Source of the DNA: Actinomycetota bacterium
GTDB taxonomy: Bacteria; Actinomycetota; Actinomycetes; S36-B12; FW305-bin1
Assembly: GCA_004297305.1 (NCBI GenBank)
Contig: SCTR01000006.1
Span: 6,129-70,128, forward strand
Reading direction: 5' to 3'
Length of the DNA: 64,000 nt
In this document: positions 49,317 to 57,052 of the stretch, one piece after another
Layout: every line of letters begins with the position of its first letter
Position numbering within the stretch: position 1 is the stretch's first letter
Made by a program: the position numbers and the translations under genes
The notes under the pieces: model-generated
The model's input: the letters and a program-made list of their open reading frames with translations, nothing else
Told to the model about the DNA's origin: nothing
Database searches by the model: none

Positions 49317-50432
49317 ATGACCGTCGTCGACGCCGTGCCTGACGTCGCCGGGCTCGTGCGGGCACTGGGCGGCCAGCGCTGGACCGGGTGCGTGGTGCTG
49401 ATCGACGACGAGCGGGACGAGAGCCGGTTGTGGCTGCAGTCCGGCCGGGTCGTCGCGCTCGAGCGGCCAGGTCGCCGGATGGCGCTGGGTACCCGGCTGC
49501 AGGCTGCCGGCTCGCTGAGTCCACAGGCGCTGGCGGACGCCCGCGAACTGCAGCGCACGACCCACCCCGAGCTGCCCGTCGACGAGATCCTGTTCCGGAC
49601 GGGGCTGATCGGCAGTACGGCGCTGGCCGACGCGGCTGCGGACCTGGTCGCGGAGTCGCTGGCCGAGCTGCTGGTCGCGCCGTACCGACGTCACGAACTC
49701 CGCGACGGCGAGCCGCCGGGGTCGGCCGCGGCGCTACTCGACGGCGGCCTGGACCTCGAGGCCATCCTCGACACCGCCGCAGCCCGCCGGGACCGGCTTG
49801 TCGCAGCCCTGCGGCCGCTGGGCGGCCCGGACGCCACCCCGGTCCTGGCCAGCCAGGAACTCGTCGACGACGACGTCGTGCTGGGCCCGGCCGAGTGGGC
49901 ACTGCTGTGCAAGGTCGACGCGGTGCGCACCGTCGTCGACCTTGCCGACGCCTGCGGGTTCACCGTCGCCGAAGCCGGTGAGGTCGTCGGCGGCCTGGTG
50001 ACCGCGGGCCTGCTGGACCTGCGGGAGGGGTCGGGCCTGCCGGACTGGCTCGGTGCGCAGCACGATGTCCCGCAGCCCTTCTCCGAGGTCGTCCCGCAAC
50101 GGGTGTCCGATGAACCGGTGCCCAGCGAGGCGGCCGGCAGTGACGGCGCCGCAGCCGGGGTCGCCCCAGCGGACGTCGATACAGCGGACGTCGATACGGC
50201 GGACGTCGATACGGCGGAGGTTGACACCGCAGACGCTGCCGCCGTGGACACCGCGACGCTGCCGGTGCCGCAGCGAGAGATGGCCGACACCGCGGCCCTG
50301 CTGCGGGAACTGTCCAGCCTCGGCGGGCTCGGCGACGAGCCGACCCGGCCACCGTCGGCGGCACCGGGCGCACAGCCACCGCAGTCACCGGTCGACCGGC
50401 GACGCAAGCGCGGCCTGTTCGGCGGCCACTGA
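49317..50432 (+). CDS. DUF4388 (PATAN-like) domain protein with acidic repeat-rich C-terminal region
   Basis: ATG 49317 after GGAG. N-terminal pattern GLVRALGGQRWTGCVVL...LWLQSGRVVA. C-terminal ADVDT x4 repeat (15-bp DNA repeat at about 50165-50225). Divergent from the rsiG-like gene. Confidence 0.55.
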   Translation: MTVVDAVPDVAGLVRALGGQRWTGCVVLIDDERDESRLWLQSGRVVALERPGRRMALGTRLQAAGSLSPQALADARELQRTTHPELPVDEILFRTGLIGSTALADAAADLVAESLAELLVAPYRRHELRDGEPPGSAAALLDGGLDLEAILDTAAARRDRLVAALRPLGGPDATPVLASQELVDDDVVLGPAEWALLCKVDAVRTVVDLADACGFTVAEAGEVVGGLVTAGLLDLREGSGLPDWLGAQHDVPQPFSEVVPQRVSDEPVPSEAAGSDGAAAGVAPADVDTADVDTADVDTAEVDTADAAAVDTATLPVPQREMADTAALLRELSSLGGLGDEPTRPPSAAPGAQPPQSPVDRRRKRGLFGGH

Positions 50433-50461
50433 GGCCAGCCGAGAAACCGGCAGCGCTCCGG

Positions 50462-51535
50462 CTACGGAACGACGACCACCTGCTGGGCTGCCGCCGTCGA
50501 GCCGACCGACAGCACGGCGTCGGCCGGCGTCGTCCGCCGTACCAGCGCCGTCGCGACCGGCCCTAGCTCGTGGTGACGCGCCACCGACCCGACCTGACCG
50601 ACCACCCGGCCGTCGCACACCACCTCGTCGCCGTGCGCGGGCAGCGACGGGGAGCTGCCGTCCAGGTGCAGCAGGACCAACCGGCGCGGCGGTCGGCCCA
50701 GATTGTGAACCCGGGCCACCGTCTCCTGGCCGCGGTAGCAGCCCTTCGCCAGGTGCACGGCCGGCCCGATCCATCCGACTTCGTGCGGCAGCGTGCGGTG
50801 GTCGGTGTCGTGCTGCAACCGCGGAACGGCGGCGGCCACCCGCAACGCCTCCAGGGCCCAGGTCCCGGCCGGCTCGCCGCCGGCCGTCAGCCGGCCGAGT
50901 AGCTGCGGGCGCGGGACCAGGACCTCCCGCCCGACCAGGACGTCCGGGCGGACCGGGACGTAGCGATCGGCGGTACCGCCGCGATCCTGGCCGGCTGGAG
51001 TGACACCGGTACCGGCGTACTCGGCGGGCACCAGCCAGGTCGGCCACTGCGGGTCGACCGCCCGGACCGGCTCCCACACGACCGCCCAGTCGGCGGTGAC
51101 GTCGGCGACCTCGACCCGCAACAGGAACTGCATGCCGGTCAGGTAGGCCACGACAGCGTCGACCGTCCCCGGTTCCACGCTGATCCAGCTCGCCGTCCCG
51201 TCGTCGACCAGGTGGAACTCGTGCTCGACGTGGCCGTGAGGATCCAGCACCAGGGCGAGCGCGCTGCTACCCGGTTCGAGGCGCTCGAGCTGGGCGGTGG
51301 TCAGGCTGTGCAGCCAGCCGAGCCGGTCCGGCCCACCGATCCGCACCACGCCACGATGAGACAGGTCGACCGCGCCCTGCCCGGACCGCAGCCGGCGCTG
51401 CTCGGCGTGCGGGTCGCCGAAATGCCACGGCACCCCCGCGTCGGCCGATCCGGCCGGGGCATCGCAGGCACCTGGCAGCTCCAGCGAGGACCCGGGAACC
51501 GGTACCGCCGGCGCTGACGCCGCAGGAGTGCTCAT
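50462..51535 (-). CDS. ygfZ: folate-binding Fe-S cluster assembly/repair protein YgfZ (GcvT-like)
   Basis: ATG 51535, 357 aa. GcvT-like N-domain and the YgfZ signature KGCYRGQE. The start overlaps the fur-family stop (ATGA). Confidence 0.85.
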   Translation of the reverse strand: MSTPAASAPAVPVPGSSLELPGACDAPAGSADAGVPWHFGDPHAEQRRLRSGQGAVDLSHRGVVRIGGPDRLGWLHSLTTAQLERLEPGSSALALVLDPHGHVEHEFHLVDDGTASWISVEPGTVDAVVAYLTGMQFLLRVEVADVTADWAVVWEPVRAVDPQWPTWLVPAEYAGTGVTPAGQDRGGTADRYVPVRPDVLVGREVLVPRPQLLGRLTAGGEPAGTWALEALRVAAAVPRLQHDTDHRTLPHEVGWIGPAVHLAKGCYRGQETVARVHNLGRPPRRLVLLHLDGSSPSLPAHGDEVVCDGRVVGQVGSVARHHELGPVATALVRRTTPADAVLSVGSTAAAQQVVVVP

Positions 51536-52026
51536 AGTTCTGCCGAACGCAGCGGCGCTGCCCGATCTTCCGGGAGGAGCGCCTTGCCGGCGCAGTCGGC
51601 ACAGCGACCCTGCACGGACACATGACTGACGTCGGCCTGGAAGCCGCGCTCGGCGTCCAGGGCGGCCACGAAGCCGACCGCGACCCGGGCGTCGACGCTG
51701 TCCACCCGGCCGCATCGGTCGCACACCAGGTGGATGTGGGCCGCCTCCCGCACGGTGTGGTACGTCGGCGCGCCGTGGCCGATGTGCGCGTGGGTGACCA
51801 GGCCGACGGCTTCGAGCACGTCCAGCGTGCGATAGATCGTCGACAGGTTGACCCCGGTCGCGGTCCGCTGAACCTCCGCGAGCAGCTCGTCGGGGGTCGC
51901 GTGGCTGAGCCGGTCGACCGCCTCCAGCACGAGCTGGCGCGCCGGGGTGATACGAAACCCGCTGTCGCGCAAGCGCCGCTCCCAATCCGCCGGCGCTGCG
52001 GGGGCCACGGTGCGCGGTTCGGTCAC
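51532..52026 (-). CDS. Fur family transcriptional regulator
   Basis: GTG 52026 overlaps the upstream stop (GTGA), 164 aa. Winged helix (RITPARQLVLEAV), His-rich HAHIGHG, and CxxC pairs CDRC and CADC. Confidence 0.85.
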   Translation of the reverse strand: MTEPRTVAPAAPADWERRLRDSGFRITPARQLVLEAVDRLSHATPDELLAEVQRTATGVNLSTIYRTLDVLEAVGLVTHAHIGHGAPTYHTVREAAHIHLVCDRCGRVDSVDARVAVGFVAALDAERGFQADVSHVSVQGRCADCAGKALLPEDRAAPLRSAEL

Positions 52027-52553
52027 GCGACCACCGACCGCAGTCGCGCCGCCAGGTGGTTGCCCAGCGGCCGATCGCCGGCGGCCATGTCGAACGTCCA
52101 CAGCAGTTCGTCGCCGACGAGGCCGTAGAGCCGTTCGCCACCGCCGTACGGCTTGGCGGAGGCAGTCCGGGCGACCACGTCGGACTGCAGGTGGATCCTC
52201 GCGCCGCTGATCCGGGCGGTCTCCATCGCGGTCACCGTGACCTGGCCGTACCAGACCTCGGCGTACCCGGTCGGATGGGCCAGCAGCAGCTCAGCCCCGT
52301 TGTCCGGGCGCGGCCGCCAGAAGCCGGTCTCGGCCGCCAGCGGGCGGACGCGGTCACCGGCGTCGTCGAGCAGCCAGCTGCGGGACGAGTGCCAGAGGAA
52401 TGGCTGCCCGTCCCAGCTGATCGTCAGTTCCTGGCCGAAGCGGAAATCGTCGATCCCCGGGTACTGCCCCAGGCCTACGCCGGCCCAGTGCCCGACCAGC
52501 CACGACAACGGCAGCAGTTCGGCGGGCAGCGCGGTGACCGGCCCGGCCGTCAC
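52023..52553 (-). CDS. nitrobindin / FABP-family heme-binding beta-barrel protein (DUF1794)
   Basis: 176 aa. The LSWLVGHWAGVG and GFWRP patterns match the actinobacterial FABP-like (Rv0813c-type) protein. Confidence 0.8.
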   Translation of the reverse strand: MTAGPVTALPAELLPLSWLVGHWAGVGLGQYPGIDDFRFGQELTISWDGQPFLWHSSRSWLLDDAGDRVRPLAAETGFWRPRPDNGAELLLAHPTGYAEVWYGQVTVTAMETARISGARIHLQSDVVARTASAKPYGGGERLYGLVGDELLWTFDMAAGDRPLGNHLAARLRSVVA

Positions 52554-52559
52554 TTCGCC

Positions 52560-52661
52560 CTAGCCCTGTCCCTTGTACAGCTTGTAGACCACGTAGCCGG
52601 CGAACCAGGCGATGACGACACTCATCACGACGAGCAGGCTGGTGTAGAAGGCTTCGACCAC
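52560..52661 (-). CDS. 33-aa small membrane protein (unannotated-size ORF)
   Basis: GTG..TAG encodes VVEAFYTSLLVVMSVVIAWFAGYVVYKLYKGQG. 30 of 33 codons end in G or C. The stop lies 6 nt upstream of the nitrobindin start. No clear RBS. Confidence 0.5.
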   Translation of the reverse strand: MVEAFYTSLLVVMSVVIAWFAGYVVYKLYKGQG

Positions 52662-52696
52662 GCGGCAACTGTAGCGGGCAGCCCTAGGCTGCCGGG

Positions 52697-53059
52697 ATGC
52701 CCAGGTCGCTGGTCGTGAAGCTGACCGCCGGAACCGACGCGCCGGAACGCAGCAGCCAGGGACTCACGGTCGCCGCGACCGCGGTGGCCAGCGGCGTACC
52801 GGTGTCGCTGTGGCTGACCGGGGAGGCGGCCTGGTTCGCCACCCCGGGCGGCGCAGCCGCGCTGAGCCTGCCGCACGCCGCCCCGGCCACGGAGCTGCTG
52901 ACGGCGATCCTGGCGGGCGGGACGGTCACGATCTGCACCCAGTGCGCCGCGCGGCGCGGGATCACCGAGCCGCAGCTGCTGCCCGGCGTCCGGCTGGCCG
53001 GAGCCGCGACGTTCGTCGGCGAGGTCCTGGCCGACGACGTACAGGCCCTGGTCTACTGA
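52697..53059 (+). CDS. DsrE/DsrF-like sulfur-relay family protein
   Basis: 120 aa. DsrE-like fold pattern (LVVKLTAG...VSLWLTGEA...ICTQCAARRG) with a conserved Cys. Confidence 0.6.
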   Translation: MPRSLVVKLTAGTDAPERSSQGLTVAATAVASGVPVSLWLTGEAAWFATPGGAAALSLPHAAPATELLTAILAGGTVTICTQCAARRGITEPQLLPGVRLAGAATFVGEVLADDVQALVY

Positions 53060-53117
53060 CGTACGCCGGGGGTGCCCGAACTCACTGGGCCGCAACACGA
53101 ACCGAGGCCCACAGGAC

Positions 53118-53158
53118 GAACTGAGGCCCGCCGCGACGAGCGCGGCGGGCCTCAGTTC
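53118..53158. terminator. perfect 18-bp-stem hairpin between convergent genes (bidirectional terminator candidate)
   Basis: gaactgaggcccgccgcg-acgag-cgcggcgggcctcagttc. Confidence 0.7.
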
Positions 53159-53169
53159 TCGCGGTCGGC

Positions 53170-53469
53170 TCAGGCCGGCAGGTCGACGGCCACCTCGGCG
53201 ACCTCACCCTGGGCAGCCACCACCGTGCGGTCCAGCGTCGCTCCAGGCGCCAGGGTGCGCAGCGTCCACGTGCCGGGCGCGGCGAAGAACCGGAAGGCTC
53301 CGGTGTCGTTCGTCGGCACCTCGGCGGTGAACTCGCCACCGTTGTCCAGCAGCCGCACGTAGGCGTTCGGCACCGGCTGGCCGCCACGGGACACCGTCCC
53401 CTGGATGACCGTCTCTTTCGCCACGTCAATCCCTTCGGTTGAGAATCCCCCGGTCTTGGCACCGCACAT
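53170..53469 (-). CDS. DUF1416 domain-containing protein (SseC-like)
   Basis: ATG 53469 shares one nucleotide with the rhodanese stop (TGATG), 99 aa. MCGAKTGG...GTVSRGGQPVPNAYVRLLD...FRFFAAPGTWTLR pattern. The longer ORF is rejected. Confidence 0.8.
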   Translation of the reverse strand: MCGAKTGGFSTEGIDVAKETVIQGTVSRGGQPVPNAYVRLLDNGGEFTAEVPTNDTGAFRFFAAPGTWTLRTLAPGATLDRTVVAAQGEVAEVAVDLPA

Positions 53470-54332
53470 CAGGCAGCCCCGCCCTGCGGCTGACCCGGGT
53501 TGTCGCCGAGCTGAACCGGGACGCCGACGAGCGCGCCGTACTCGGTCCAGGAGCCGTCGTAGTTGCGGACGTTGGGCTGGTCGAGCAGCTCGTGCAGCAC
53601 GAACCAGGTGTGCGCGCTGCGCTCCCCGATCCGGCAGTAGGCGATGGTGTCCTTGGACAGGTCGACACCGGCCTCCTGGTACAGGGCAGTCAGTTCCTCG
53701 TTCGACCTGAACGTGCCGTCGTCGTTGGCCGCCTTGCTCCACGGCACGTTGACGGCCGTGGGGACGTGACCGGCCTTCTGCGACTGCTCCTGCGGCAGGT
53801 GAGCCGGGGCGAGCAGCCGTCCGGCGTACTCGTCAGGAGAACGCACGTCGACCAGGTTCCCGCCGCCGATCGCGCTGACCACGTCGTCACGGAACGCCCG
53901 AATGGACGTGTCCTGTGCCTTGGCGGTGTAGGTGGTCGCCGGTCGCGCGGGAACCGCGTCGACCAGTTCACGGGACTCCAGCTCCCACTTCTTGCGGCCG
54001 CCGTCGAGCAGCTTGACCGCGTCATGGCCGTACAGCTTGAAGTACCAGTACGCGTACGAGGCGAACCAGTTGTTGTTGCCGCCGTACAGCACCACGAGGT
54101 CGTCGTTGGCGATGCCCTTGGTGGACAGCAGCGCCTCGAACTGCTCCTTGCTCACGAAATCGCGACGGACCGGGTCCTGCAGGTCCTGCCGCCAGTCGAT
54201 GCGGACGGCACCGCGAATGTGGTTCTTCTCGTAGGCGGCGGTGTCCTCGTCGACCTCGACCAGGACGACCTTGGGGTCGTCGAGATGGGCCTCGACCCAA
54301 TCGGCGTCCACGAGCACGTCGTTGCGGCTCAT
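53469..54332 (-). CDS. thiosulfate sulfurtransferase (tandem rhodanese; CysA/SseA type)
   Basis: 287 aa with two rhodanese domains and active-site loop CRIGERS. RBS AAGGAG. Confidence 0.92.
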   Translation of the reverse strand: MSRNDVLVDADWVEAHLDDPKVVLVEVDEDTAAYEKNHIRGAVRIDWRQDLQDPVRRDFVSKEQFEALLSTKGIANDDLVVLYGGNNNWFASYAYWYFKLYGHDAVKLLDGGRKKWELESRELVDAVPARPATTYTAKAQDTSIRAFRDDVVSAIGGGNLVDVRSPDEYAGRLLAPAHLPQEQSQKAGHVPTAVNVPWSKAANDDGTFRSNEELTALYQEAGVDLSKDTIAYCRIGERSAHTWFVLHELLDQPNVRNYDGSWTEYGALVGVPVQLGDNPGQPQGGAA

Positions 54333-54434
54333 GCCGTTTCGTCTCCTTGTTCATGCGCCGGGCGGCGCGGGGCGGTGCGCCAGGCGGCGCGTTCATGGAC
54401 CGCGGGGCCTGGCGACAGACCCCGCAGGGGTGGT

Positions 54435-54866
54435 TCAGCGAACGGCGGGATGCCGCACGCGTAGACCGATCAGGTACAGCTCGCAGCCGAGGCAGAGCCC
54501 GAACACGGCGTTGAGCAGCGCGGCGGCCAGGGCCGCCGCCACGGCGACGGCCGCCACAACGGTGGCACCGGCCAGCAGGCCGACGAGGCCGGCGGCGACG
54601 AACACCAGTCCCAGTCCCTGGGCGAACCGGGGAGGCCGAGCGTCCTCGAGTTCGGCTGGCGGGCCGAGCCGAGGGCGGACCAGGCGGGCGTAGAGCACGG
54701 CGTACGGATGCCGCCGTACGCCGCCGGCGACGGCGATCGCGAACGCCACCGTCTGGACGGCGAGCAGCACGACCCCGACCGGGGTCGTCAAGGTGAGCAG
54801 CACGGCGGCGAGCACCACCGCGGTGACGGCCGCGACGAAGCGCTGGCCGCGAGGATCGACCTTCAT
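54435..54866 (-). CDS. DUF4395 domain-containing membrane protein
   Basis: ATG 54866 after AGGAG, 143 aa, four TM helices. C-terminal FGLCLGCELY motif typical of DUF4395. Confidence 0.7.
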   Translation of the reverse strand: MKVDPRGQRFVAAVTAVVLAAVLLTLTTPVGVVLLAVQTVAFAIAVAGGVRRHPYAVLYARLVRPRLGPPAELEDARPPRFAQGLGLVFVAAGLVGLLAGATVVAAVAVAAALAAALLNAVFGLCLGCELYLIGLRVRHPAVR

Positions 54867-55031
54867 GGGACGTGCTCCTGACAGGGACGGACGAACAGGC
54901 CGCGTCAGGACGGCGAGAGCCGTCCGGTCAGGACAGACAGGCGCAACTGGCAAGCAGGCCGTAGTCGACCGCTCGCCGCTTCGTCAGGCTCAGCTGGGCA
55001 CGCACGTCGCTCACTGTACGAGACCGACGCC

Positions 55032-55078
55032 GCTCACCCGCCCCCGTGTCCGCATCGTGGACATCGGGGCGGGTGAGC
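55032..55078 (-). terminator. 13-bp perfect-stem hairpin downstream of the thioredoxin-like gene
   Basis: gctcacccgcccc-(21 nt with an inner gtgtcc/ggacat pairing)-ggggcgggtgagc. Confidence 0.6.
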
Positions 55079-55104
55079 CCCCGGGGAGGGCTGAGGACCC
55101 GGGG

Positions 55105-55152
55105 CCACGGAGCAGTGGCTACGGAGCTGTGGCTACGGAGCTGTGTCTACGG
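55105..55152 (-). repeat. 14-bp tandem repeat re-using the stop codon region of the thioredoxin-like gene
   Basis: ctacggagctgtgg (55119), ctacggagctgtgt (55133), and the real gene end ctacgggacgacct (55147, = ..EVVP*). A degenerate copy lies at 55105. Confidence 0.8.
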
Positions 55153-55653
55153 GACGACCTCGCCGAGCGCGGCGAGGACGTCCGCCTTGCGCGGCGCGCC
55201 CACCGCTCGGCGGGCGATCCGGCCGCCCGGCCCGAGCACCAGCACCGTAGGGGTCCGCAGGACGCCGAGTCGGCGGACGAGGTCCAGATGGGACTCCGCG
55301 TCCACCTCGACGTGCACGACGCCGTCGACCATGCCCGAGACCTCGCTGAGGACACGGCGCGCGGCGCGGCACGGCGCGCAGAACGCCGTCGAGAACTGCA
55401 CCAGGGTCGCGCGGCTGCCCAGGCCGGCGCCGAGGTCACGTTCGGTGAGGACGTCCGGCGTTGCGGCGACCGGCGATGCGGCCGACTCGGCGGGACCGGA
55501 GCCGGGGGCCCCGGCCGCGACGCCGCGGATCCGGCCGTCGTTGAGCCGATGCCAGATGCCGACAGCGGTCGCGATCACCAGTACAGCGACGAGCGCCAGC
55601 ACACCGATCACGCTGCGCCAACGCGAGGTCGCGAGCCGGTGTTCCCTGCCCAC
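55147..55653 (-). CDS. membrane-anchored thioredoxin-like protein (ThiX-like)
   Basis: 168 aa. N-terminal TM helix and a thioredoxin fold with CAPC active site (FSTAFCAPCRA) and cis-Pro region RTPTVLV. Confidence 0.85.
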   Translation of the reverse strand: MGREHRLATSRWRSVIGVLALVAVLVIATAVGIWHRLNDGRIRGVAAGAPGSGPAESAASPVAATPDVLTERDLGAGLGSRATLVQFSTAFCAPCRAARRVLSEVSGMVDGVVHVEVDAESHLDLVRRLGVLRTPTVLVLGPGGRIARRAVGAPRKADVLAALGEVVP

Positions 55654-55724
55654 CTATGCCGCCACTGGCGCCCGCGCTCGTCGGCAAGGCCGCGCCACAG
55701 GGGTCGCCGCCGGTCTGCTGCCGA

Positions 55725-56090
55725 TCAACCGCCGGCGAACGGTGGCAGCACCTCGACGCAGGCGCCTGCCGGTACGCGGACCGCTGCGAGATCACGGGAG
55801 GCGGTTCCGACCGGCAACTCGTCCACCAGGAAGGAGGCGGCGCGCAGCACCGGGTCGAGGGCGCCGCCGGGATGTCGAGCCCGGACTACAGCCAGCACCG
55901 TTCCCAGGTCGGTCGACCTCGGACCGGTCGAGCCGGCGGCGAGACCGGCCGAGCCGGTGGCGGGCTGTGCCGGCGGACCGGTGGCGCCCTCGACCACGAT
56001 CTGCTCGCTGGCCACACCCGCGGCGTCGCGGGCCGCGGCCCAGTACCGGACGGTCACCTCGACGGCGCCAGCGGCGGCCGATCCGGTCAC
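55725..56090 (-). CDS. MoaD/ThiS-family sulfur-carrier protein (C-terminal PPFAGG) with internal Gly/Pro/Ala-rich insertion
   Basis: GTG 56090 overlaps the hydrolase stop (GTGA). VEVTVRYWAAARDAAG N-terminus and VEVLPPFAGG C-terminus typical of MoaD. Alternative start GTG 56057. Confidence 0.75.
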   Translation of the reverse strand: MTGSAAAGAVEVTVRYWAAARDAAGVASEQIVVEGATGPPAQPATGSAGLAAGSTGPRSTDLGTVLAVVRARHPGGALDPVLRAASFLVDELPVGTASRDLAAVRVPAGACVEVLPPFAGG

Positions 56091-57052
56091 GAACGGTCGC
56101 CGATCGGAGCTGTCGTCACCGACGGCGTTGCTGTCGCTGGCGGCGTTGCCGTGGCTGAGGGCGTTGCCGTGGCTGAGGGCCCTGCCGCGGCTGCGGTCAC
56201 GCTCCACGCTCCGATCCGGTCCAGCAGCCGTCCGGACATGGCCGCCTCGGCATGCCCCAGGCCGGGCTCGATCCACAGCTGCACGTCGCCGGCACCGTCG
56301 CCGTACGCCGCGGCACCGTCGTACGCCGCTTCAGCCAGCGCCAGCGGATGCTCGACGGGGAAGAACGGGTCGGCGTCCCCGCCCACGACGAGCACCGGCA
56401 GCGGCGCCAGCCGCCCCGCGGCCTCCACCGGTGCCATGGGTGCCGGCTGCGGCCACGGCGGCCGGTCCAGCCGGGCACCGAGCCAGGCGCGCATCACCAC
56501 CCGGGCGGCGGCGCTGTCCACGGCACGGTGGAGCCGTCGCATCACCGGCGTACCGCGGTAGTACCAGAAGGCCGGCCCGCTCACCAGGACGGTCGCGGCG
56601 ACGCCGCCGTACAGCGCCGCGTGCCGGACCACCACGGCCGAGCCCAGCGAGAAGCCCACCGTGACGACCCGGTCATATCCGAGGCCGCGGGCCCACCGCA
56701 CGGCCGCGTCGACATCGTGCTGCTCGAGCCGGCCGAGCGTGGACAACCCCGCCGAACCGCCGTGGCCTCGCAGGTCGACGCCGACGACGCCGCCGTACGC
56801 CGCGAACCGGCGCAGCACGCGGCGCACCGCCCGGCGCCGCCACGACCCGGCGAAGCCGTGCACCACCACGAAAGCGAGCCCGCCGTCGGGCGCGGGTAGC
56901 TCCGCGGCGCGGGCAGGCCGGTAGTGGACGACGGCGACCGGCACACCGTCGACGGTCAGGGCAGTCCCGGTGAGGGGCGCCACGGCGGAGTCGCCCCCGC
57001 CGCGCCACGCGCGGGGCGGGTCGACTCGAGGGGCTCTCGGTGGGGTGACCAT
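56087..57052 (-). CDS. alpha/beta hydrolase
   Basis: ATG 57052 after GGGAGGA, 321 aa. HGFAGS oxyanion region, nucleophile elbow GFSLGS, late GGDADPF and GLGHAE. ATATPS repeat tail. The upstream 232 codons of the ORF are antisense to glnR and are rejected. Confidence 0.8.
   Translation of the reverse strand: MVTPPRAPRVDPPRAWRGGGDSAVAPLTGTALTVDGVPVAVVHYRPARAAELPAPDGGLAFVVVHGFAGSWRRRAVRRVLRRFAAYGGVVGVDLRGHGGSAGLSTLGRLEQHDVDAAVRWARGLGYDRVVTVGFSLGSAVVVRHAALYGGVAATVLVSGPAFWYYRGTPVMRRLHRAVDSAAARVVMRAWLGARLDRPPWPQPAPMAPVEAAGRLAPLPVLVVGGDADPFFPVEHPLALAEAAYDGAAAYGDGAGDVQLWIEPGLGHAEAAMSGRLLDRIGAWSVTAAAAGPSATATPSATATPPATATPSVTTAPIGDRS

Noticed and set aside
50462-52141. 559-aa ORF read as one protein
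   Set aside because: Its N-terminal 202 codons overlap the Fur-family gene in another frame and are low complexity. YgfZ-like sequence begins at ATG 51535.
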